This document shows, in pieces, positions 20,094-28,204 of a stretch of 64,000 nt of DNA (position 1 is its first letter; each line of letters opens with the position of its first letter). Source of the DNA: an uncultured Gemmatimonadales bacterium (GTDB taxonomy: Bacteria; Gemmatimonadota; Gemmatimonadetes; Longimicrobiales; RSA9); NCBI GenBank assembly GCA_963708135.1, contig OY970192.1:3904001-3968000 (forward strand), given 5' to 3'. The notes beneath the pieces are model-generated. The model did not search any database and was not told where the DNA came from. It saw only the letters and a program-made list of their open reading frames with translations. The position numbers and the translations under genes are program-made.

Positions 20094-21785
20094 CTACGCC
20101 TCCAGCTCCTGCGGGAAGTGCCGCACCACGCTGCGGAACGGGTTCGGCGCCGCCTGGCCCAGCCCGCAGATCGACGCGTCCGCCATCACCGTGGACAGCT
20201 CCTCCAGCAGTTCCGTGTCCCACCGCTCCCGCTCCATCAGCTTCACCGCCTTGGCCGTGCCCACCCGGCACGGCGTGCACTTGCCGCACGACTCGTCCGC
20301 GAAGAAGCGCATGAGGTTGAGCGCCACATCCTTCGCGCGGTCCTGCTCCGAGAGGACGACGATCGCCGCCGAGCCGATGAAGCAGCCCTGCTCCGCCAGC
20401 ACGTCGAAGTCGAGCGGCAGGTCCGCCAGCGCCGCCGGCAGGATCCCGCCCGACGCGCCACCCGGAAGATAACCGTACAGCGTGTGCCCCGGCGCCATCC
20501 CGCCCGCGAACTCCTCGACCAGCTCGCGCGCCGTCACGCCCGCCGGCGCCGCGTACACCCCCGGCCTCGCCACCCGGCCGCTCACCGAGAACAGCCGCAC
20601 GCCCTTGCGCCCCCGGCGCCCGCGCGCCGCGAAACGCTCCGCGCCGCCCTCCAGGATCTCGCGCAGCCAGTAGACGGTCTCCACGTTGTGCGCGAGCGTC
20701 GGCCGGCCGAACAGCCCGACCTGCGCCGGGAACGGCGGCCGCAGCCGCGGCTCCCCGCGCTTGCCTTCCGCGCTCTCGATCAGCGACGTCTCCTCGCCGC
20801 AGATGTAGGCGCCCGCGCCGCGCCGCAGGTGGATGCGCGGCAGCGCGCACGGCGGGTCCGCCTCCAGGGCCGCGATCTCGCGCTCCAGGATCGCACGGCT
20901 CGTTGCGTACTCGTCCCGCAGGTAGATCGTGACGTCCTCCGCCTCCACGGCCCACGCCGCGAGCAGCATCCCCTCGAGCACCCGATGCGGGTCCGTAATC
21001 ATGCAGAAGCGATCCTTGAACGTGCCCGGCTCGCCCTCGTCCGCGTTCAGCACCATCGAGCGCGGCCCCGCCTCCGCCCGCACGAAGCCCCACTTCCGCG
21101 CCGTCGGGAACCCCGCGCCGCCCAGGCCACGCAGCCCCGATGCTCCCACCGCATCGATCACCTCCTCCACCCGGCGCCGGCCCTCCACGCATTCCGCCAG
21201 CAGCGAATAGCCGCCCGCCGCCCGGTAGTCGCCGTAGGCGACGTAGCCCGGCAGCTCCGGCCGCGTCTCCCCCGCCAGCACCGCCTCCTCGACCGTCTCC
21301 ACCGTGGCGCCGTCCACCGGACACATCCCCACCAGCGTGGCCGGCGCGTGCTGACAGCGCCCCAGGCAGGGCGCGCCGATCACGCGTACGCCCGGCCCGA
21401 GCCGCTCCGCCAGCATCTCGCGGAGCGCCTCCCCGCCCTCCAGATGGCACGAGATCGACTCGCACACCCGCACCGTCACGGGCGTCGGGTCCGCCTCGCC
21501 GTCGCGGACCAGATCGAAGTTGTGGTAGAAGCTCGCGACCTCGTAGACCTCGGCCGTGGCCAGCCCCAGCTCGTCCGCGAGCGCGACCAGGTGCGGCGGC
21601 GACAGCCGGCCGTAGGCGTCCTGGATCCGGTGCAGGTGCTCGATCAGGAGGTCCCGCCGGCGAGGGGACGCGCCGAGAAGCCTCCGCACCTCCTCGTGCG
21701 CGGCGGGATCCAGCACCCGGCCCTTCGGAACCGGCCGCAGAATCGCGGCCCTGCCGCCGTTCCGGCCTCCTTTGCCGCCCGGCAT
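20094..21785 (-). CDS. NAD-dependent FDH beta subunit (NuoE-NuoF fusion)
   Basis: EVASFY, VCESISC, CLGRC; GLRGLGGAGFP, NADEGEPGTFKD, GAYICGEET, ESCGKCTPCRVG, SICGLG. Confidence 0.92.
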   Translation of the reverse strand: MPGGKGGRNGGRAAILRPVPKGRVLDPAAHEEVRRLLGASPRRRDLLIEHLHRIQDAYGRLSPPHLVALADELGLATAEVYEVASFYHNFDLVRDGEADPTPVTVRVCESISCHLEGGEALREMLAERLGPGVRVIGAPCLGRCQHAPATLVGMCPVDGATVETVEEAVLAGETRPELPGYVAYGDYRAAGGYSLLAECVEGRRRVEEVIDAVGASGLRGLGGAGFPTARKWGFVRAEAGPRSMVLNADEGEPGTFKDRFCMITDPHRVLEGMLLAAWAVEAEDVTIYLRDEYATSRAILEREIAALEADPPCALPRIHLRRGAGAYICGEETSLIESAEGKRGEPRLRPPFPAQVGLFGRPTLAHNVETVYWLREILEGGAERFAARGRRGRKGVRLFSVSGRVARPGVYAAPAGVTARELVEEFAGGMAPGHTLYGYLPGGASGGILPAALADLPLDFDVLAEQGCFIGSAAIVVLSEQDRAKDVALNLMRFFADESCGKCTPCRVGTAKAVKLMERERWDTELLEELSTVMADASICGLGQAAPNPFRSVVRHFPQELEA

Positions 21786-21941
21786 GGCTAAGCCCTTTTC
21801 AGGAGAAGAGATGCCACTCAGCAAGGTAATCGGACAGTTTGCCCTGTCGCAAGCGCTCTGCTACACCAGGCCGGAGACTCAGCGACGGAGAGTGCGGCGC
21901 AGTGCTGGACAGCCCCGCCGGGCGACGGCTACGTTCGCTCC

Positions 21942-23753
21942 GTGACCTTGCCTCCGCCCGGACTCCCTTCCGATATCCCGCGGCTCGACGGACCGCCCCG
22001 GCCGCTTCCCGCGCCCGATCATGACCTGCGCGCCGAGGACCCGTTCGTGGTCGCGGGCCGGGCGGCGTGCGTGACCGGCCTCGCCTCGGCGGGTGCGGAC
22101 GAGATCCGCGTCCACCCCTGGACGGTCGCGCGGGCGCTCCGGCTGGAGGACGCCGATCTGCTGGAAGCGCGCCTCTCCGCGGTCGGGGCGCAGCGCCGCC
22201 TCGTTGTGCGCGGCCGCGAGGTGGAGGAGCGCCTGTATGTGCCACGGGATGCGCCGTTGGTGCTGGCGGAGTGGCAGGCCGCTCCCCAGCCGGAAGGCTC
22301 CGCGCCGTGCCACGACCCGCTCGACCTCTCGATCGCGTGGTCGCTCGGGGCCGGGGGCGCGGCGGCGGCGGCGCCCGTCCCGGGGGGCCGAGCGTTCGGG
22401 GTCCGGCTTCCCGACGGCGCCGCGGCGGCGCTGGTTTCCAGCGTGGCGCCCGCAAGCTGGACGGCGGACTCGCTGCTCGTCCGGCTGCTTCCGGGCGAGA
22501 TCTTCCGGCTGGCGTTCACGGCGGGCGCGGACGAGGCCTCGCTGGCCGCCTCCGTCGCCACGCTCCGCTCGGTCGAGTCGCTGGTGCCGGCCCGCGCGGC
22601 AGCGCTGCGCCGCCAGGCGGCGGAAGGCGCGGGCGTGGACGCTCCGGATCCGTTCGTGGGGCAGGTCCTGGCGGCGGCCGTGGAGCGCCTGGACGGGTTC
22701 CTCCTCGCGATCCCCGGGGGTGGAGCCTGCCTGGTGGACGGCTACGGCGGCGCGGCCCCGGAGATCGTCACCCCCACGGCGGCGGCGGCCGGCATCGCGC
22801 TGCTCGCCGGGGGGTGCTTCGATCCCGCCCTGGACGCGCTCCGCTTCCTGGGCGAGCGCCTCGACGCGGCCGGGCTCCCGCCTTCCCGGGTGGCGCTGAA
22901 GGGCAGCGCCCGGCCGGGCGGGCTGGAGGACGCCGCCGCCTACCTCCGGCTGGCCTCGCACGCGCTCGACTGGACGGGAGACAGCGCCCTCATCGGTGAC
23001 GAATGGCCGCGTGTCCGCCGCGCCCTCGCCGCCCTCCTCGCGGACCTCGAGGGCGGCGCCGCGCCGCCCCGCCGCCTCCTCGAGGCGCTGTCCGCAGCGG
23101 CTCGGACCCTCGGGGATGCGGCCACGGTGGACGCTCTGGCCGCGGCGCTGCGGCGCCCGGGTAGCGCCCCCGAGTCCCGCCACATCCCGGATGCCGGGCT
23201 GTCCGCTTTCATGGAGGGACGGACCCGGGCGGGGCTCCGGGCCTGGCGGGCGGCCGCGGGGGCGGGGGCGGGCGTGCCGCCGGCGCTCTGGCCCGGCGAC
23301 GGCGGGCGCGCGGACGCCGCGGCCCCGGCGGCGGCCCTCGTCGCCTCGCTGCTGCTGGGCTGGCTCGGCGCCGACCCCGATGCATCGCGGCACCGGTTGC
23401 GGCTGCGGCCGCAGGTTCCGGAGGATCGGGCGGGCTTCGAGGCCCGGGTGAGGGTCGGCGCCTCGCGCGTGCGCCTGCGGCACACGGCAGAGGATCGGCT
23501 GCACCGCTTCGAGATCGAGCAGCAGACGGGGGCGCTGCCGCTCCGGGCCGTGCTCGAGCCGGTGCTGCCGGATTCTCGCCTCCGGGCCGTGCGCATCGAT
23601 GGTGCGCCGGCGGAGCTCGACCCACGACGCTTCGGCGACGGCCTGCTCGTGCCGGTGCAGCTGATGCTGGATCACGCCCGGATGGTGGAGATCGAGGTAG
23701 AGGACGCGACGGATCTGCCGGGGGTGCCGCCGACGATTCAAGACTTCCGGTAA
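21942..23753 (+). CDS. Hypothetical protein, possibly a degenerate (alpha/alpha)6 glycoside hydrolase-like protein
   Basis: Long ORF; helical middle (LDWTGDSALIGDEWPRVRRAL) and C-terminal LGADPDA...LRLRPQVP resemble debranching-enzyme architecture. Confidence 0.45.
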   Translation: MTLPPPGLPSDIPRLDGPPRPLPAPDHDLRAEDPFVVAGRAACVTGLASAGADEIRVHPWTVARALRLEDADLLEARLSAVGAQRRLVVRGREVEERLYVPRDAPLVLAEWQAAPQPEGSAPCHDPLDLSIAWSLGAGGAAAAAPVPGGRAFGVRLPDGAAAALVSSVAPASWTADSLLVRLLPGEIFRLAFTAGADEASLAASVATLRSVESLVPARAAALRRQAAEGAGVDAPDPFVGQVLAAAVERLDGFLLAIPGGGACLVDGYGGAAPEIVTPTAAAAGIALLAGGCFDPALDALRFLGERLDAAGLPPSRVALKGSARPGGLEDAAAYLRLASHALDWTGDSALIGDEWPRVRRALAALLADLEGGAAPPRRLLEALSAAARTLGDAATVDALAAALRRPGSAPESRHIPDAGLSAFMEGRTRAGLRAWRAAAGAGAGVPPALWPGDGGRADAAAPAAALVASLLLGWLGADPDASRHRLRLRPQVPEDRAGFEARVRVGASRVRLRHTAEDRLHRFEIEQQTGALPLRAVLEPVLPDSRLRAVRIDGAPAELDPRRFGDGLLVPVQLMLDHARMVEIEVEDATDLPGVPPTIQDFR

Positions 23754-23765
23754 GGAGGCCGGCCC

Positions 23766-25937
23766 TCAGCCGCCCGGGCGCATGCGCCCGATGAGCCGCC
23801 TCCAGCGCGGGTCCTCGTGCAGCGCGTCGAACGCGGGCGTGACCGCGACGCCGTCCATGAACGAGGCCCGCTCCGCGTAACCGCGCTCCAGCCACCGGAA
23901 CGCCGCGTCCACGTCGCCGAGCCCAGCGTAGGCCATCGCGACGTGGAACGGTGGGATGTAGCGCGTTGCGGCGGACGCGAGCAGGGTGCGCAGGATCCTC
24001 GTCGCCACGCGACGCTCGCCGAGCACCGCATGGGCGTAGCCAAGGTGGGCGGAGTCGCGCGCGCCGCTCAGCTCCGCCGCGCGCCGGAACGCGTCGATCG
24101 CCTCCGTCGCCATTCCCTTCTGAAGGTACGCGTGTCCGAGCTGCTGATACGAGAGGTCGAGCTGCGGGTTGAGCTCGAGCGCGTCACCCAGCGCGCGGAT
24201 CGCTCGATCGGGCTGCCGGGCGTTCACGTAGACCCGCCCGAGCACCTGGCTGGCAACCGCGGCGAGCGGGTCCAGGGTACGCGCCGTCTCCAGCTCCGCG
24301 ACCGCCTCCTCGAACCTGCCCTGGTCTTGCAGGCAGATGGCGAGTGGCACGCGGGCGAAGGTGTAGCCGGGATCGAGCGCGATCGCGCGCCGGAGCTCCC
24401 GCTCCGCCGCCGCCATGTCGAAGTCGTGAACTAGCAGCACGTGCCCCAGCGAGGTGTGCGCTTCCGCGAGCGTGGCGTCGCGGGCGAGCGCCTCGAGCGC
24501 GGCCGCCCGCGCGCGGGCGAGCTCCGCTCCGGGCAGGCCATAGCCGAACACCGCCAGGCGGGCATGCACATCGGAGAGTCCGGCGTGGGCGCGCGCGTAG
24601 CCCGGGTCCAGCGCGAGCGCCTGCTCGAAGTAGGTGGCCGCCTGAAGCAGCCCCTCCCGGTTCGTGCGCGTGCCGAAGACGTGCCGACCTTTCAGGTACA
24701 GCGCATGCGCACCAGGCTCCGGCGTCCGCCCCTCGATCGGAGCCCCGCCCTGCCCGCCGCCGACGGCCAGCCGCGTTCGCACCGCGGCGGCAAGGAGGCC
24801 GGCGACATCCTCGGGCGACGCGAAAACCGCATCCAGCTCGCGCACCAGCTCCCCGGCGCTCCGGGGCCGCGCCTCGGGCGCTTTGGCCAGCAGGCGCATG
24901 ATGAGGCTGGTGAGCCCCGGTGGCAGGTCCGGGCGCCGCTCGCCGAGAGGCCGCGGTTGCTGCGCCACCTGCGCGGCCAGCATCTCCCGCGGCGGGCGGG
25001 CGCCGAAGGGGTGCGCACCATTGAGCGCCTCGTAGGCCACCAGACCCAGTGCGTACAGGTCCGCGGAGCGTCCGGCGGTAGGTTCGGCGAGGACCTGCTC
25101 GGGGGCCATGTACGCCGGGGTTCCGAGCAATGCGGCGGGCCGTCCCCGCCCTGCGTCCGGCGCGACGCCGGTGTCGCCGGCATGCCCCCCGGCTTCGCGG
25201 AGCTCCCCGGCCGCCCGGCTCACTGCCCGCGCGATCCCGAAGTCCGCGACGACCGCGTGCCCATCGACGAGAAGGATGTTCTCCGGCTTGATGTCGCGGT
25301 GGACGATGTCGTGGCGGTGCGCGTAATCCAGTGCGCTCGCCACCTCTCGCACCAGGCGAACGACGACCTCGACCGGTAGCGGCCGCTCCCGGCGCAGCCG
25401 CCGGCGCAGCGACTCGCCCTCGACGTATGGCATCACGTAGTACAACTGCCCGCTCGCCTCGCCGGACGCGTGAAGCGGCAGGATGTGCGGGTGCGTCAGC
25501 CGCGCTGTCACCCGGATCTCGCTGAGGAATAGTTCGGCGCTCACCGCCGCGCCCAGCGCGACATCGAGCGCCTTGACAGCCACCTGGCGGGCATGCCGTC
25601 GGTCGTAAGCCACGTAGACGGTGGCCATGCCGCCCCGCCCGATCTCGCGCTCGATCTCGTACTGGCCCGCCAGCGCGCGCCGAAGCGTGCACAGGGCGGC
25701 CGAACGCGGGGCGAAGAGCTCAGCGGCAGGCACCGCGAGGAAGCTCCCGGACCGGCGGGCCCGCTCGCATGCGGCCACCAGCCGCTCCACCTCGTCACGA
25801 AGCGCCGCATCCGCTCCGCAGACGCGCTCGAGATGCGCGCTGCGCTCGGGCGCGGACAGGTCGAGCGCCGCCTCAGCCGCGCGTCGGATCGTGGCCCAGC
25901 GCTGCGACGGCGGCAGGCGTCCGTCAGGCGCCGTCAT
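23766..25937 (-). CDS. Hanks-type Ser/Thr kinase with C-terminal TPR repeats
   Basis: IGRGGMATVY, VAVK, HRDIKPEN, DFGIA, GTPAYMAPEQ; TPR-like ALDPGYARAHAGLS; N-terminal ER...L...C...D..LR.EVE.L typical of ECF-linked kinases. Confidence 0.92.
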   Translation of the reverse strand: MTAPDGRLPPSQRWATIRRAAEAALDLSAPERSAHLERVCGADAALRDEVERLVAACERARRSGSFLAVPAAELFAPRSAALCTLRRALAGQYEIEREIGRGGMATVYVAYDRRHARQVAVKALDVALGAAVSAELFLSEIRVTARLTHPHILPLHASGEASGQLYYVMPYVEGESLRRRLRRERPLPVEVVVRLVREVASALDYAHRHDIVHRDIKPENILLVDGHAVVADFGIARAVSRAAGELREAGGHAGDTGVAPDAGRGRPAALLGTPAYMAPEQVLAEPTAGRSADLYALGLVAYEALNGAHPFGARPPREMLAAQVAQQPRPLGERRPDLPPGLTSLIMRLLAKAPEARPRSAGELVRELDAVFASPEDVAGLLAAAVRTRLAVGGGQGGAPIEGRTPEPGAHALYLKGRHVFGTRTNREGLLQAATYFEQALALDPGYARAHAGLSDVHARLAVFGYGLPGAELARARAAALEALARDATLAEAHTSLGHVLLVHDFDMAAAERELRRAIALDPGYTFARVPLAICLQDQGRFEEAVAELETARTLDPLAAVASQVLGRVYVNARQPDRAIRALGDALELNPQLDLSYQQLGHAYLQKGMATEAIDAFRRAAELSGARDSAHLGYAHAVLGERRVATRILRTLLASAATRYIPPFHVAMAYAGLGDVDAAFRWLERGYAERASFMDGVAVTPAFDALHEDPRWRRLIGRMRPGG

Positions 25938-26517
25938 CGCGAAGCTCGCGGTGGAGCCACCCCTTCGCCATCAGCCAGTCCCGGGAAACCGTCCGCTTCG
26001 ATACGCCGAGCGCCTGCGCCGTTTCCGTCTCCGTGAGCCCCGCGAAAAAGCGACACTCCACGATCCGCGCCAGCCGCTCGTCCAGCGCAGACAGGCGGTC
26101 CAGCGCCTCGTCGAGGGCGATCAGCTCCCCCGCGCGCTCCGCGACGGCGAGCGCGCCCGCGTCGTCCGCCTCCGCGAGCGACACCGGACGCCGGCCGGCG
26201 CCCCCGCGCCGGAGCGCCCAGTGCTTCCGGGCGTAGTCGACCAGGATCCGGCGCATCGTGCGCGCGGCCACGGCGAAGAACTGCGCGGGCTCCACCCACT
26301 GCGTGCGCGTCTGACTGGAGAGGCGGAGATAAGCTTCGTGGACGAGCGCGGTGGTACAGAGGGTGTGGCCCGCCGGCTCCGCGCCGAGCTGGCGATGAGC
26401 GATCCTGCGCAGATCGCCGTAGACCAGCGGGAGGAGCCGGTCCATGGCTTCCGGCGCACAACGGGCCAACGCGGCGAGCGCCGCCGTGACCTCTTCCTGC
26501 TCCTCGGCCTCGGGCAT
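25924..26517 (-). CDS. ECF sigma factor of the kinase-associated type
   Basis: LLPLVYGDLRRIAHRQL...HTL.TTALVHEAYLRL...MRRILVDYAR...VECRFFAGL...VSRDW. Confidence 0.9.
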   Translation of the reverse strand: MPEAEEQEEVTAALAALARCAPEAMDRLLPLVYGDLRRIAHRQLGAEPAGHTLCTTALVHEAYLRLSSQTRTQWVEPAQFFAVAARTMRRILVDYARKHWALRRGGAGRRPVSLAEADDAGALAVAERAGELIALDEALDRLSALDERLARIVECRFFAGLTETETAQALGVSKRTVSRDWLMAKGWLHRELRDDGA

Positions 26518-26694
26518 GTCCGCACCTCGCCGGTGCACGAGAAACGTGACGCCGACCCGGCACGCGTGGCGTCTTCCGTCCCCGTCCTGCGCGTCTACTG
26601 ATACCGCATCGCCGCGCCGTACCCTCGAACGTATGGCGACGCCGGTGTGGCGGCAACGCAACTCTTCTCGCCGACCACTCACACGGAGGTGATC

Positions 26695-27270
26695 ATGCCC
26701 GCACCGATTCGTCACGCCAGCGGCTCGCCGATCCTCGCGCTGCTGGCCCTCGGACTCATCGCGGCCGGCTGCGACAACCCCGGAATCACGGCGCCCGCCC
26801 GCTCCGCTGCCCCGGCCTTCGACCGCGCGGCCCAGCCGCCGCAGGTCACCGGCCAGCGACCGCTCACGGGGCGCTGCGTCACCTCGTTTCCCCCGGTCGC
26901 GCCGCCGCTTCCGCCGGTGCTGCACCAGGAGGACACGGGCACCTGCCAGCTCACGCTGCTCGGTCGCTCGACCTATTTCTCCGCCAAGGACATCGATTTC
27001 GCGGCCGGCACCCAGACCACGACCGAGCTACGCCTCACGGCGCCGAACGGCGACGTGCTGCGCGGCGCCGGCGCCGGGACGAATTCGCCCGGCGAGCCGG
27101 GGCACGTGAACTTCACTGCGGAAATCACGTTCAACGGGGGGACCGGCCGCTTCGAGCACGCCACCGGCCACGCGTCCATCGCGGGGGCGGCGGACCTCGC
27201 TGCTCACTCCTCGAGCCTTACGCTTCAGGGGTGGATCACCTACGACCCGGCGGACCGGAGCGGCCGGTGA
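26695..27270 (+). CDS. Hypothetical lipoprotein
   Basis: GGAGG RBS; lipobox-like IAAGC; GGTGRFEHATG beta motif. Confidence 0.65.
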   Translation: MPAPIRHASGSPILALLALGLIAAGCDNPGITAPARSAAPAFDRAAQPPQVTGQRPLTGRCVTSFPPVAPPLPPVLHQEDTGTCQLTLLGRSTYFSAKDIDFAAGTQTTTELRLTAPNGDVLRGAGAGTNSPGEPGHVNFTAEITFNGGTGRFEHATGHASIAGAADLAAHSSSLTLQGWITYDPADRSGR

Positions 27271-28058
27271 TGCATCGGCTTGCATTACGCTTCCGCGGAG
27301 GGCGAATGGCCGCCACCGCGCTGAGGTCGAGCGCGCCGACCACGAATCCGCCCATGCCGGGAAGGCGCTTCGACCATGCCTTCTTCTCCGGCATGGCCGT
27401 TCTCATGCTGGCCACAGTCCTCGTCGGGTTTGCCCCCACATACTACCTGGCCGGTCTGTGGAACGCGCCACTACCCAGCCGGATAATCGAGGTGCACGGC
27501 GCCGTCTTCTCCTGCTGGATCCTGCTGCTCCTCGCCCAGACGACGCTGGCCTCGACCGGCCGCCTCGCGGTCCACCGCCGGCTCGGGATCGCGGGCGTGC
27601 TGCTCGCGTGCGCGATGGCCATCATGGGCGTGCTCGCCGCGATCGACGCCCTGGACAGGGGCATCCCTCCACACGGCGATGCCGCCGCCTTCTTCATCGT
27701 TCCTCTGTCGGCCATCCTGCTGTTCACGACGCTCGCTGTGTGCGGCTTCGAGCGGCGCGCCGATCCCGCGGCCCACAAGCGCCTGATGCTCCTGGCCACC
27801 ATCGCGCTCATGGGCGCACCCATCGCGCGCCTGCACCTCGCGGTGGTCTACAGACAGCCGCACGCGGCCGACCGCGCCTCTGAGACCTTTCTTCTCCTGC
27901 TGCTCGCGTACGACCTGTGGTCGACGCGGAAGGTCCACCGCGCCACCCTCGGGGGCGCCGCGCTCGTTGCGCTCGTGCACGAGCTGACCGGCCCGATCGG
28001 AACAACGGCCGCCTGGCATGGGATCGCTGGGTGGGCCCGCTCGCTGCCCCTTCGGTGA
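27270..28058 (+). CDS. Hypothetical multi-TM membrane protein
   Basis: About 7 hydrophobic segments with conserved-looking His motifs (VHGAVF, VHRRLG, AHKRLMLLAT). Confidence 0.75.
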   Translation: MHRLALRFRGGRMAATALRSSAPTTNPPMPGRRFDHAFFSGMAVLMLATVLVGFAPTYYLAGLWNAPLPSRIIEVHGAVFSCWILLLLAQTTLASTGRLAVHRRLGIAGVLLACAMAIMGVLAAIDALDRGIPPHGDAAAFFIVPLSAILLFTTLAVCGFERRADPAAHKRLMLLATIALMGAPIARLHLAVVYRQPHAADRASETFLLLLLAYDLWSTRKVHRATLGGAALVALVHELTGPIGTTAAWHGIAGWARSLPLR

Positions 28059-28204
28059 CGACCGGGCCGGGGTCCTGCCGCCTCGAGGGACCCCGGCCGG
28101 GCGCGCTGTTGCTTCTCCCCCACTCTCGCCGTTCGCGGCCCCCCGACCTTGACACGGCGCGGCGGACGCGGCCTCTTGCCGGTGACCTCGAACCGGAGCC
28201 GCTC

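Noticed and set aside
17119..21465. 1448-aa ORF as one giant FDH protein
   Set aside because: The portion upstream of 19404 is a shadow frame over the real beta and Fe-S genes.
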